DNA from: Coniocarpon cinnabarinum
Taxonomy: Eukaryota
Length of the DNA stretch: 40,281 bases
Direction: 5' to 3'
Assembly: GCA_051942205.1 (NCBI GenBank)
Contig: JAVECO010000197.1
Coordinates: forward strand, 1 to 40,281
Shown here: piece after piece, positions 10,936 through 22,516 of the stretch
Layout of the letters: every line of letters starts with the position of its first letter
Numbering within the stretch: the first letter of the stretch is position 1
Notes under the pieces: generated by a model
Told to the model about the DNA's origin: nothing
Databases searched by the model: none
Seen by the model: the letters and a program-made list of their open reading frames with translations, nothing else
Position numbers and translations under genes: made by a program

Positions 10936-11310
10936 ACCGTGTGAATCCGAGGAGTGGAACTTCAGTGAAGAATCACCCAAAGCTCTAACGGCGTGTGAAA
11001 GCTGTGTGGCAACGATTAAGCGGAGCCAACGGAACTGCGCAAGTTGTAGTCATCGCGCGAAGACCTCACGTAGACTTAGGGAAGCGCTACATAGTTTGAC
11101 AGCGCTGTTACGTGTATTCTCGACAAGTGATCTTCAGGTTTGTCTGGAGAATCAGTATATAGTGTACGCGCGGAACCTGACTGTTCAGGCTTCGTGCACG
11201 CGCGGTGAGCTATGGCCACCCTCACCTGGAGCAATCTACACCGACCTGCGATCTTCCGCACAACACTCATTGCATCCAGTCCAATCTGAACACAGCTAGA
11301 CTGCTCCATC

Positions 11311-11660
11311 ATGAGCTCAAGCAAACCAAATTTGACCGGCTTCGATCCCCGCAAGCTTGCGCAGTCGTCTGGCATCCCGAAGAATGATCCGTGGGCAAGA
11401 GCGTCAGTGCAGACATCACCAGCTTGCTGCAAAGCTGCAGAGCCGGACATCCCTCAGAACAGTCTCACTGACCTCTAGATAGTGAGGCTTGGCGATATAC
11501 GGGCCCATTCACGCGCCGAAATCGTCTGAGAGGCCTCTTCCCTGGCTTTGGCTGGGGAGCGGGTGCCTTTGCTGTCTATCTCGCATACGAAGCTATCTTC
11601 TTACGGGACACGCGTAACCACCATGAAGAGGAAGGAGGCCATGATAAAGAACAACATTAA
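11311..11660 (+). CDS. NDUFB3: NADH:ubiquinone oxidoreductase B12 subunit (NDUFB3/NB2M family); absent from the ORF track
   Basis: Exons 11311-11402 and 11483-11660 (intron GTCAGT...CTGAC...ATAG). Protein MSSSKPNLTGFDP...DPWARAEAWRYTGPFTRRNRLRGLFPGFGWGAGAFAVYLAYE with a His-rich tail. DPWxRxEAWRY is the family signature. Confidence 0.92.
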
Positions 11661-12047
11661 TGCACATCGCATTTTGGACATCGGCGTCCGGTTGCTCAAT
11701 AGAGAGACGTTCTAACTGTGTGCACGGTCGAAATGGGTAGTGTTACATCTGCTCTGCCAGTGGCACGGGCATAACTAAGGAGGGCACAGACACCGTCGCA
11801 TCACAAGTTGCAAAAGTCCAAGGAGCAGCTCGACAGTGGTACAATATGTACAGCAAAGAAATCCGAATATTTGTGATTGTACAACGGAACTCATGGACTG
11901 CTAAATTCGAGAGCCGGCCAGACTTTTCATTGCAGTCAGGCGGTTTTCAATACTGAAAACCGTGCTCTCCAAATTTACCTATGCACGCACACATACGTGC
12001 GTACAAGTATCTTCGCCACGAGCCAAGCTCATTGACTTTATCCCATT

Positions 12048-12907
12048 TCACGGCACAGCTTGAGGTTTGGATCCAAATTGCGGGGCTGCTTGCGCAACTT
12101 GATCTCCGTCGGTATGCGGCCTGACAGCTGATTGAACATGAGGGTCATCTTTGAGGTTTAGATAAGCAGTGCCTTGATGACGCTGAGGATAGCTGCCGCT
12201 TCCGTTTGCTGAAGATTCATAATTCTCAGGAATCCCAAGAGCTTGTCGGGCCAAGTACTCGCGTGCTCGCTTGTCGCTTGCAGGCTCGTCTGCGGACTGT
12301 GGCATTGCATCGGCGACCCTTTTGGAAATGTGCTCGGCGGCTGCGTTTAGATCGACCGTGCCGTTGCTGGCGTCCTTTACCCTGTGGCTCATAGCAGCTG
12401 CATTCGATTTTGTCCGAGATCTGATGCCCTCAGTCCGGGGATCGTTGTTGAACCTCGAGACTGCCGCACCACTAATAAGACCTGACATGAATAGAAACGT
12501 TGCTGCCGTGCTTGTCAATAGAAGCGTGGGAAGCAGAACCAAGAGCGCAAGTCCCGTGCACAGGGCCGTGAAGGCGAAAGTGACAGTTAGAGCTGTGAGC
12601 AAACAGATCAAGAATGATGAGATGAGTATAGTGAAGCTAAAACCGAGGAATATCAGGACAGGAGGTCCAGAGAGCAGCAGCTGAGCCGCCACAAAGGCCT
12701 GCATTTCGATGAGTCCGAGAACCAGTCTTGACAGAATCAGATCAAGCAAATGCTTACAGCAAGCTTTGGATTCACAGCCGCCCAGGAACGGATGCTGTCA
12801 AAATACTCCTGGCGCTGAGACGGCGGCACGTAGCTATCCAGCAAATTGACACTCTTCTCTCTCACTAGACTCCCGCTGTCACGCATTCGTCCGCTCAGAG
12901 TGGCCAT
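12048..12907 (-). CDS. Promethin/LDAF1-like lipid-droplet membrane protein
   Basis: Exons 12907-12758 and 12698-12048 (intron GTAAGC...CAG). Spliced sequence NPKLA|AFVAAQLLLSGPPVLIFLGF is followed by an uninterrupted hydrophobic hairpin region (LLVLLPTLLLTS), typical of promethin-family proteins. Confidence 0.72.
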
Positions 12908-13177
12908 AGCTACAACTCTAAAAGCCGTTGCCTTGTCAAATGCAGACCCAGCTTTGGATAAATAGAAGGTCAAATGTGCGAAGATTATCTTATCTATATA
13001 TACTTCCCAGTTTCTTCCAACTTCAATGTTCAATGCTGCACAGCCGGATAGTTGGCACCGGAGAATACTCCGAAGCGCTTCGAGTCAGTACACGCACGAC
13101 GCGACTACTCGTGGCATTCGATCTCTAAATTCGAAAATTTATTTCCTCCTTGAAGTTTGATTCCCAAACATTCTGAA

Positions 13178-14494
13178 ATGTCTCATGACGCAAACAAAAA
13201 GCGAAAGCGCTGGGATGAGAGCGAGAAGCCCAGGAAGAAAAAAAGCTCCGAAGCTCGTGATTCAAACATAAATATCACCTATGTACCGCATTCTGAGGTG
13301 CCTGGTTTCATTGTCGCAATAGGAGGTGGTCTTTCGGATCCAGCCAAAGTCCAGTTTGATGCTTACAGCAAGAGCTCTACCGGTAGCTCGGCTACTCTAG
13401 CGCACAACGAGGTCCTACTACATTCTTCGGATCATCCCCGGCTTAACTTCACAGCACGAGAGCGACCTGAGGGAGCTCCGGCAAGTCACCTAAAACATTA
13501 TGTGGGTGTTCTTGATCCGGATACCAATGAGTTGCAGCTTGTAGAAGCGCGACACGTCACTGTTCGCAGCACAGTCAAGGCTGAAGATGACTTTATGTTG
13601 GCCCAGCAAACTGAGAAAGAGGACGCCGGCGCTGCAGGACGTCGCGCCCTTGGCCTCGAATTTGGCACGAAAAAGGCCAGGAAAGCCATCGCTCAGAGCG
13701 CTGACAACAGAGTCAACTCTATGGGAAAGAAGCCCGGGCAGAAGACATCTCGAGCAGATGCCGTCCTGGAAGTGCTTCGCCAGGGTGCTGAGGATGCGCC
13801 TACGAAAGAAGATCTTGAAGCTGAGACCGAAGCTGCGAAGCCGAGACCAAAGTATAATGCCATGGCCAAAAAGTCTCAAGATGTTTACACCGTAGGCGAT
13901 GTGATTGGTGAGGATTTGATGCAAAATCTGAAAGTCAAGCCATGGTGGGATGCGGTGCGAGACGATCGAGATGTTCAGCTCCGAAGCCTTTACGTGTCTA
14001 AGAGACTGGAGAGTCTGGTTGAGCAGGATGACATTCGCAAACTCAAGATCTCGAAATACGTTTACGTGCTAATCAAATTTCTGGACGCTTGCACGCATCG
14101 GGGCAAAGCGATTAAAAGTTTACCGAAGCGAAAAGAATTGCGCGAAAAAATAGATGAGCCGGACAATGTTTTGGACAAAGTAATCGAAAGGTTCACAGCT
14201 AACGGCAAGTTCACGCAATGGCATGTGGATTTGGTCCGGACCACACTGGCCGTGCTCACTTTGATGATCGACGACTTCGAAACCGATACATACGATCTCA
14301 GAGAGGACATTGGACTGAAAGCTCCTGACATGAACAAGTACTTCGCAGAAGTTGGAGCTAAAGTAAAGCCACCCACGGAGGAACAGAAGAGGCGGAAGAA
14401 GCTGTCAAAAGCGGAGGCCGGCGCTCATGGAATTGCGACGCTAAAGATACCCCTTGAGTTTCCAAAAGCCCGTACGATACCCAGCAGACGGTGA
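13178..14494 (+). CDS. RPA49: RNA polymerase I subunit A49 (Rpa49/PAF53 family)
   Basis: Motifs HYVGVLDP, LGLEFGTKKARKAI, QDVY, YFAEVGAK and ATLKIPLEFP. ATG is at 13178; the ORF-track start is a TTG. Confidence 0.92.
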   Translation: MSHDANKKRKRWDESEKPRKKKSSEARDSNINITYVPHSEVPGFIVAIGGGLSDPAKVQFDAYSKSSTGSSATLAHNEVLLHSSDHPRLNFTARERPEGAPASHLKHYVGVLDPDTNELQLVEARHVTVRSTVKAEDDFMLAQQTEKEDAGAAGRRALGLEFGTKKARKAIAQSADNRVNSMGKKPGQKTSRADAVLEVLRQGAEDAPTKEDLEAETEAAKPRPKYNAMAKKSQDVYTVGDVIGEDLMQNLKVKPWWDAVRDDRDVQLRSLYVSKRLESLVEQDDIRKLKISKYVYVLIKFLDACTHRGKAIKSLPKRKELREKIDEPDNVLDKVIERFTANGKFTQWHVDLVRTTLAVLTLMIDDFETDTYDLREDIGLKAPDMNKYFAEVGAKVKPPTEEQKRRKKLSKAEAGAHGIATLKIPLEFPKARTIPSRR

Positions 14495-14680
14495 TAATTG
14501 TTAAGAAGTGTGCAAATCATAGTATTCGATGTTTTACGAGGTCCAGTGCAGGATATGTACATGCTCAAATATCGAGATACGTTCCTGAGTGGTGTAACAA
14601 GTTCTCCGTCGTATTTCATGCGGATAATCGTACAATGTGCTCCTCCCTTTCAGAGATTGTGGAGAGTGGACACGGCACGT

Positions 14681-14965
14681 TCATCCTGCTCCAGGAATTG
14701 GCGAAAGTATCCTGACGAGCGCAGGACGGGGCTCGCTTCGCGTCCAGCCTGGACTTCGTTAGCTTCATGTGCTGGCAGGATCTGTGTGTCATGCTGCTTA
14801 CCCAAATAGATGACAAGCGGTATCCAGCCGTAGTGAATGGTGATGCGAGACATGTCGAGGATTTTGGAAATGCGCTGAGCATTGTTAGTATAGACAGACG
14901 CGCAATGAACAGCTTTTGCGTACTTCTTTGGACTCTTCCGATAGCTGCATGTTGAGAGCGGGCAT
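14681..14965 (-). CDS. TOM7: Mitochondrial outer membrane translocase subunit Tom7
   Basis: Exons 14965-14924, 14874-14802 and 14748-14681 give MPALNMQLSEESKERISKILDMSRITIHYGWIPLVIYLGWTRSEPRPALVRILSPIPGAG. HYGWIPLVIYLG is the family signature. Both introns are canonical (49 and 53 nt). Confidence 0.95.
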
Positions 14966-15155
14966 TGCTTTACTCTTGCAGTTCGAGTAGGTAAGCACCA
15001 ATTGCAGAGAGAAGGAGAAGTGCGGCGAATAGAACTGAAGACGATTGAGGTGGTCCGAGCTTCTTCATTTCCAGGAATCTTCATGTGATCTTGACTGAGC
15101 TTCTAACCACTCAGCACCACGTCCTCACGCATCTGCCACAGGCAAATCTCTTCTA

Positions 15156-16280
15156 ATGGCGGCAAATAGACATTGGTAGGTCTTTTTTGACCTCGAGACG
15201 TTTCGAGTCGTCCAAGCTCAAATGGCTTACCATCACACACACAGGGAGCAGGATAAGGAAGCCACCGTTTACGTCGGAAACCTTGACGAACGAGTCACAG
15301 ATGCTCTGGTATGGGAGCTTATGCTACAGGCTGGTCGCATCCTGAATGTTCACCTTCCCAAAGATCGCGTCACGCAGACTCATCAAGGCTATGGCTTCAT
15401 CGAGTTCATCTCGGAGGAGGACGCAGACTATGCGGCGCGGATCATGAACCAAATCAGGCTTTACAACAAACCAATCCGAGTCAACAAGGCCAGTGCGGAC
15501 AAGCAGAAGACCATAGAAGTTGGCGCAGAACTCTTCGTGGGTAATCTGGACCCAATGGTCGATGAAAGAACTCTCTACGACACATTTGGAAGATTCGGCA
15601 CTCTTGTGACTGCACCCAAAATCGCGAGGGACGACCACAATCTCAGTAAAGGATACGGCTTCATCTCTTTCGCGGACTTCGATGCTTCGGACACAGCTAT
15701 TGAAGCTATGAACGGCCAATACCTCATGAACAAAGAAGTCACGGTGCAATACGCGTACAAGAAGGACGGAAAGGGCGAACGACACGGTGATCGAGCCGAG
15801 CGAGAGCTCGCCGCCCAAGCCAAGCGGAACAATGTCCAGCCAGTGATCCAGCCACTACCTCCACAAATCTCCGGCGGTGCACCATCTGGGCCAGCCGCAA
15901 TGGTCAACGGCCACGGAAGCATGCCGCCAAATGGTCCTGGCGGAGGTTATGGTGGCCCTCTCAACGGCCAGTCAGCAGGCATGCCTCCTGGTGCAATGCC
16001 TCGTCCGCCCAGCATCCCACACAGTCAGCCTTTGGCTCCTCCACCAGCTGGGCTCCCTGCTCGTCCTCCTCCGAGTAATCCTGGATATGGCGGTGGTCCT
16101 CCAGGGTTTGGGGGACCTCCCATGCCTCAAGGCTTTGGCGCTCCACCAGGTGCGCCGCCTGGTGGCTTCCCTCCACCGGGATTTGGTCCTCCACCAGGAG
16201 CACCACCACCGAATGGATACCCGCCGAGCTTTCCGCCTCCACATGGGGGCTACCAGCAGCCTCAGTACGGCCGCAGATGA
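15156..16280 (+). CDS. SF3B4: U2 snRNP splicing factor SF3b subunit 4 (SAP49/Hsh49): two RRMs and a Pro/Gly-rich tail
   Basis: Exon 15156-15175, intron 15176-15244, exon 15245-16280. [22 protein letters not shown]...[13 protein letters not shown] sequence, [20 protein letters not shown] and [10 protein letters not shown]. Confidence 0.95.
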
Positions 16281-16784
16281 CGTCCAGAGCCAGAATCTGA
16301 CTGAATTCAATTATTTGTTCCACCCCACTCATGTGCATATACTGGTTGGAAAGAGCCGCGGGGCCAACGCCTTGTGAAGCTGGCATCGACCGGCGTGACT
16401 CCTATTCAGAGCCCCACCACAGGTTGAGAAACCCCACTAGCCATGTGCATCAGTCAGATGAGGGCATGAGAGAGGTGTTCATGAATATGGATGAGCATAA
16501 GGCGCAGATATACGAAAGCCACAGGTGACGTGCGTCAAAGTACAAACTGCTGGTACGTTCATTATAGCTTTCGCCTATGTCGTTAAGAAGCTCCTAACGC
16601 CGCGCATCAGGCAAGCTCTACGAATTATGTAAAAAGGTCATGATGTACTTCAATATCTTCAATACGCAAACTCAACAACTCGGCTGTAATATTCCTTGCA
16701 GGTGCGGCTGATACGTGAGCCGATCATCGTGCTCGAGGTTTCAGACCTCCATCCGGCAAGGGATGTGCATGCACCAGCAATTTC

Positions 16785-17248
16785 TCAGCTGAAGCTCACG
16801 AATTTGGGGTCTTTTGGTCTGCCGTCTGGTCCAATGCCTTGCTTTCTGAACCTCTCCTGCACGACCTGTCGCCTAGCCTCGTCAAAGCCGACACCGCGTT
16901 TCTTCATGATCTGCTTGATCTCTTGCTTAGCAGTATCGTCCAACCCAGAACGGGAGTCGCCGCTTTCGATATTGCCGGCCAGACTGAAGCTGTTGGAGCT
17001 GAAGCCAAGACGGACGTCATCTGTGAAAGACTCTGAAGGAGTTTCCGGACCCAGTGGGTCGTATCGAAAATTCAACGGGTATGGCAACGGGTTTCGAGGG
17101 AGATACTGGATCCATGTTTGACGAGTGAGGTAGAGAACTTTCCGAGGCGTTAGTATGCGACAGCCAGGTAATGTATCGGGGAGTTTCTCGACATACGTGT
17201 AACGAGAACGAAGGTAGTGAGTGAAAGGCTGTAGAGGAGGTACCCCAT
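16785..17248 (-). CDS. Conserved fungal small membrane-anchored protein (UPF0357/DUF2015, YCL012C-like)
   Basis: Exon 17248-17197 (MGYLLYSLSLTTFVLVT), intron 17196-17138 (GTATGT...ACTAAC...AAG), exon 17137-16785. Motifs SFTDDVRLGFSSNSFSL, GDSRSGLD, FDEAR and IGPDGRPKDPKFVSFS. Confidence 0.85.
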
Positions 17249-17896
17249 TGCGGATAAGCGAGATCCTCTGGATCAAATTACGATGCCTCGAACGTATTCT
17301 GAGGTAGCTTGCTTGTGTGTACGTCCGTATTGGGTTGCGAGTTACCAAGATGAGAGCTGTTTCGTAGCGGAAGAAGAGAGAGGTATCAAGGAGCACGAAG
17401 CAAAGACGTCAGATGTAATGTTTGGCGAGAGCCACGGCTGCTGTGATACAGAGCGGCACCCTCTGGGTCCGGAAGCCGGCGGCGGGTCTCATGAAGAAGA
17501 GGAGAAGGGAGAAGTCGTGGCCGCAGCGGCCGGGCGAAGCGTGAAGCTGCGCGAGTCGCCGTGTATAGACCAGTTTGGAAGTGAGGCGGCAGGGCGGTCA
17601 CTGCACATCGCCTTGTTGCTTTCTCTCGGCCCCCTCTTTCCCGAATGGATTTCCAACCAGTCTGGCGTGACTGGCAGTGTGCCAGCGTACCAGTTCATCC
17701 GGTGTTTTCTTGAATCCTGCTGGCCGCACCTTATCGGAATCCATTCACAGCCTTCCTCTAGCCTCTGCTAGGGAAGCGACAACCACGCTCCGCACTCTGG
17801 ATGGCACCATAGTCCGTCGCCGGCGCTTGCGCGAGGGGCAGATGCTCCCATATACCTAGCAGCCATCATACTCGCTTCACCGCCCTCCGCTCTGGT

Positions 17897-19203
17897 ATGC
17901 CTCGTGTCTACCCTCCGATCGAAGGCAAGAGCACCAACCACCACAATGTCCCACCCTCTCTAGTCGAGGCGTTTGCTGGATTCTCTGCCGGGATCATCTC
18001 TACGCTCGCTGTCCATCCTTTCGATGTGGTCAAGACTCGGCTTCAGGGTGTGTGCCAAATGGCGAAACGGTCGAAACGTGTTCAACGCCCGCTGAATTTT
18101 TTTTGCAGTCGACCTTGATAGCAAGACACAAGTTGGTGGCTCTTTAAGAGTTCTCAAAAACCTTGCCAAAGATGAGGGAATAGCTCATGGGTTCTACCGT
18201 GGACTTATACCAAACATCATTGGCAATAGTGTTAGCTGGGCGCTGTATTTCATGTGGTTCGTCCTCCTTCAATCGCGACTTGGGCCAGAAGCGAAAGGAA
18301 AGAGGTCAAAGCTAACATGAACAGGTATGGCAACATCAAAGACATGGTTCAAGCCTGGCGAGGGTTCAACCAGCCACTTCAATCCGTTGATTATTTCATG
18401 GCCTCTGGCATCTCTGGCATCTTCACAAACATTTTCACCAACCCCATATGGGTCATTAAGACGCGCATGCTCTCGACGGGTCGCAACGCACCGGGTGCGT
18501 ATTCCTCCATCGGACACGGAGCCCGGATGATATACAAAAATGAGGGCATCTACGGCTTCTGGCGCGGACTGCTTCCATCCATGGTTGGCGTGTCGCACGG
18601 CGCGATTCAGTTCATGGCTTATGAAAAGCTGAAAATCTGGCGATCAAATCAGATATCAGAAAAGCTTGGGGAATATGATCACAGCAGTGCGCAGTGTCTC
18701 CTTTGTCCTTCGCTTGCTGTTTTCGCTAATATTGCTGCAGGTCTGAGACCTCCACATGAATCAGCACCTGACACCGTGGAGAAGAAGAGGACCAATGTCG
18801 AACTTGGCAATTGGGATTTCCTTGTCCTGAGTGCGCTCAGCAAAATCTTTGCCGGCACGATTACCTATCCATATCAAGTTGTGAGAGCGAGGCTCCAGAC
18901 TTATGATGCTCATCTTCTATACAAGGGCGCAATGGACGTCGTCAGACAAGTTTGGAAGCGAGAACGGCTCGCAGGGTTTTACAAAGGGTGAGATTAGTCT
19001 GCGAGCAGCCTATGCGTTGGCCGCTACACAAGATTCCCTACAAGCTTTTCGAAAACTGACCAAGATTGCGCAGGCTCGGTCCAAACGTAGTACGAGTGCT
19101 ACCCTCGACCTGCGTGACCTTCGTTGTATATGAGAACACCAAAAGATACCTGCCAGTATTCTATGCACGAAAGACTAATGACGAGACCGCGGCCAGATCG
19201 TAG
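17897..19203 (+). CDS. FLX1: Mitochondrial carrier (SLC25), FAD/folate transporter subfamily
   Basis: Introns at 18048-18108, 18257-18324, 18687-18740 and 18988-19073. Three carrier signatures: HPFDVVKTRLQ, NPIWVIKTRM and YPYQVVRARLQ. GNSVSWALYF and GVSHGAIQF match the Flx1/SLC25A32 group. Confidence 0.88.
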
Positions 19204-19830
19204 GCGGTGATGAAGGTTTCTGCTACGAGCTGAAGACTGGTTTCAGGCGTTGAAACGGGTCGATGAACAGATTGGGCATTGCATTGCATGGCGTCCATCG
19301 TATGTGTTTACGATCAAAACCGATGCTGCATCGGGCCGGATGCTGGCGTTGGGAACTGGAATTACAACCTAGTTGGAACGACAAGACGGCGTAATGCAGT
19401 AAAGTCAATGGCACACAATGGCGCTTGACACGAGACTGATATAAGCGGACCAGAGAGCACTTTGCAATAGTAGATACTCCTAAATAGACCTCAAACGTTC
19501 GTGCGGTCATGCCACCGACACTTCGAAGAACATTGTGTGGACATGTGCGATACTTGAGCGTGCACAAGAACACAATGTACTCTGTTTATTGTCTAGCATT
19601 ATGAATGACTGAACCGCGAATAGAGTTCTGAGGAGCCTGTAAGCCTGCTGCAGATCACATGCAAATTGAAGATCAAGCACAAGCCACGCGTTTTGATTGA
19701 CGTCCATCATCTTTCCAACACGACACCACTTTGTGCACTATTCGCAGCCCTCGACTCATCAAGTTGGGTCTGTTTGGGGAAAATGTGAAAAACTCTATCA
19801 TCGAAGACGACTTTGCCATTCATAAGCAAC

Positions 19831-21735
19831 ATGATCATCCCCGCCCTCGAGCCCTCGATCCCCGTCAACGCCTCTAGAATACCCTTGCCGCTTCTACCGG
19901 TTTTACAGCAGTCAAAAGATGACAGCACAGCGGGCAGCTGGTCACCAATCATCGGCGTGGTCACTGCGATCATCGGCAACATCCTTATCTCGTTTGCGCT
20001 CAATACACAAAGATACGCCCATGTTCGGCTGGAACGGGAACAAAACGCGGGCAATGGCGCCGAAGACAAGAGTTCGCAAAGCATAGATAAATACGCGTCG
20101 GTGGAGAGTCGTATCGCGGATGCTCGCGCGCGCAAGAATAAGCAGGCAAATAATGGCAACATTGATCATGATGCAGACGAAGAGGATACCACCGAGACGG
20201 ATGCCTTAATACCCAAGCTCGACTCCAGGCAGTCCACCTACATGCAGGATACACAAGAAGATGGCAATGACCCTCCGGATCAAAAGCCTCGAAAGAACTA
20301 TCTTCGCTCTCCTCTCTGGTGGGTTGGCATCTGCCTCATGGTCCTGGGCGAGACGGGCAACTTTCTCGCATACGGTTTCGCACCCGCCTCCATTGTCTCT
20401 CCGTTGGGTGTCGTGGCGCTCATCTCGAACTGTCTTGTTGCACCACTGTTCCTGCATGAAAAGTTCCGCAAACGAGATTTGGCTGGTGTCATTGTCGCGG
20501 TAGCCGGCACGGTGACAATCGTCCTTTCTGCTCAAGGCAGCAATCCCAAGCTAGGTCCAGACGAGATCTGGAGCCTCGTCAAGCGATGGGAGTTCCTGGC
20601 TTACTTTGGCGTCACTCTCGCCGCCATCGTCGTCCTCATGTTCCTCTCGAATAAGTACGGTGCCAAATCCATCCTTATCGACCTTGGCTTGGTTGGGCTC
20701 TTTGGTGGCTACACTGCACTTTCTACCAAGGGCATCGCTTCCCTACTTTCATACACGCTTTGGCGAACTCTCACTTTTCCAATCACATATGGCCTAATCG
20801 CAGTCCTGGCCAGCACCGCAATCCTCCAAATCAAGTACGTCAATCGGGCTCTTCAACATTTCGATTCCACGCGTGTTATCCCTACGCAGTTCGTCATGTT
20901 CACCATCTTTGTCATTGTCGGCTCTGTGGTCCTCTATCGTGACTTTGAGTCAGCTACCGCTGAACAAGGAGGCAAATTTGTCGGCGGTTGTGGGCTTACC
21001 TTCCTTGGCGTCTGGCTACTGACCTCAGGTCGACGAGACGACGGCAACGGCGAAGACGACTACAAGCTCGATGAAGAGCGCCGTATCTCCCTCATCGATG
21101 CAGAGCAGACGCCTCCGGTCACGCCGAGGCATCAAATCACCCCAAACATGGAGTCGCAACCAGGCACGACGTTCAGCACCAATACATTCGTTAGCGCCGT
21201 GTCGCAGCCCAGCTCCTCTCAATTCTCTACCCCCACCCGACCGAGCCGCAGTCAAAAGACCGCGAGTACCAGCGCGGTTCCTTACTCGGAAGGCTCTTCA
21301 TCACAGCTGCTGTTGACTCCACAAAATCCGCGGGAGCCGACGGAAGGTGGCCAGGGAAAACCACGCCTCACGCCCAGAGCCAGCTTGACAAGCCTTTTCG
21401 CACCAGGCAGCTTCTCACCACTCACAACTCCATTGTCAAGTGGTCTTAGCGTTGTGGTAGCCGACCAACGTGGCAGACTAGCAAGACACGCCAGTCTCAG
21501 AGGTCGCGCAAGCACCAGGAATTCCGTGGCCTTTGGCGACAACGGACTCCTCGACGTCAGCGGTAGCCGGAGAGAAAGTCGAGTGCGAGTCGGCGAGGAG
21601 TTGAGGAGAGAAGCAGCGAATCAGAGTCAAAGCAGGAGTCGTGATGGGGAAGGGGTGGATGCGCTTGTAGATGAGCGGCCGCGAGTGGGGAGAGGAGCGA
21701 CGGTCGAGGTGGTTGGGCGTACAAGTCAGAGCTGA
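19831..21735 (+). CDS. NIPA-family (DUF803) probable magnesium transporter with a long disordered C-terminal tail
   Basis: YLRSPLWWVG...GETGNFLAYGFAPASIVSPLG, IKYVNRALQHFDSTRVIPTQFV and multiple TM segments. First ATG is at 19831. Confidence 0.9.
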   Translation: MIIPALEPSIPVNASRIPLPLLPVLQQSKDDSTAGSWSPIIGVVTAIIGNILISFALNTQRYAHVRLEREQNAGNGAEDKSSQSIDKYASVESRIADARARKNKQANNGNIDHDADEEDTTETDALIPKLDSRQSTYMQDTQEDGNDPPDQKPRKNYLRSPLWWVGICLMVLGETGNFLAYGFAPASIVSPLGVVALISNCLVAPLFLHEKFRKRDLAGVIVAVAGTVTIVLSAQGSNPKLGPDEIWSLVKRWEFLAYFGVTLAAIVVLMFLSNKYGAKSILIDLGLVGLFGGYTALSTKGIASLLSYTLWRTLTFPITYGLIAVLASTAILQIKYVNRALQHFDSTRVIPTQFVMFTIFVIVGSVVLYRDFESATAEQGGKFVGGCGLTFLGVWLLTSGRRDDGNGEDDYKLDEERRISLIDAEQTPPVTPRHQITPNMESQPGTTFSTNTFVSAVSQPSSSQFSTPTRPSRSQKTASTSAVPYSEGSSSQLLLTPQNPREPTEGGQGKPRLTPRASLTSLFAPGSFSPLTTPLSSGLSVVVADQRGRLARHASLRGRASTRNSVAFGDNGLLDVSGSRRESRVRVGEELRREAANQSQSRSRDGEGVDALVDERPRVGRGATVEVVGRTSQS

Positions 21736-22161
21736 GTGGATGCGAAGATGGATCATAATGGCTTTGTATGAACATAGCGCGTGCGTTTTGGCGCTTGGGT
21801 GTTTGTTCAGTTGGATACGGGTATACATAATGAAGCCATGACGGCCCTTCAAAGAATCTGGAGAGAATACAGGCATGTCTTGACTTTCCAATGTGTCCGC
21901 GTCTGCTCGGAGCCTGCTTACTTGCCGCGCGGTGGGCTTGCTCTCGTATGTAGCAGAGGATGCTCTCATCCACCATGTTTCGCATGACCAAAGGTTTTGA
22001 CACGAAAGTTTGACCGACAAAAGTATTTGCCACCCTGCCTGAGTTGAGACGGTTCGGCAACACCAAAAATGATCACAGATGGCGTGTTCAGAGCTCCAAA
22101 GCCAGCGGTGAATGCTGAGCCAGATGTAGGGACATTCAAACCCTACACCACATTCTTTGTG

Positions 22162-22516
22162 TCACGGATGACTATGTAGACAACGAGCAATGGCCTCAAG
22201 CAGACCGACGAGGGTGTGAGGGTCTCCCACCCTGCCCAAGTCGTTGGCGATACCGACGACGAGCACAACTTCGCAACGCGACCTCAAAGGACGTGAACCC
22301 CTGTGACGACAAAGTCACAAAGATGCAAAAGCTGAATAAATGACGCACGGAAACGGAGGAGTTCATTGAGCAGGTTTAGGGGCATTGGAATATGTGACTA
22401 AGCGCATACCCTGCATAGCGCCTTGGCGGCGGTGACTGCATGTCGTTCGTGCTGCTGCGTGTGGATGTTGAGTAGGAGCGCGTAGGGGTGCGGAGAGAGT
22501 AGAAAAAGTCAGTCAT
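22162..22516 (-). CDS. Candidate small 2-exon orphan ORF (81 aa)
   Basis: Exon 22516-22410, intron 22409-22301 (GTATGC...GTGAC...CAG), exon 22300-22162. Preceded by an A/C/T-rich UTR-like leader. No recognisable homology and a weak branch site. Confidence 0.3.

Noticed and set aside
13127..13144. GAAAATTT element upstream of RPA49 resembling the RRPE ribosome-biogenesis motif
   Set aside because: Imperfect match to a short AT-rich motif; cannot be distinguished from chance.
15222..15244. ORF-track start MAYHHTHR for SF3B4
   Set aside because: It lies inside intron 15176-15244. The spliced start MAANRHWEQDK fits the family better.
17283..17771. 162-aa plus-strand ORF between the UPF0357 gene and FLX1
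   Set aside because: No recognisable domain. It overlaps the divergent promoter/UTR region and mirrors a CT-rich minus-strand leader.
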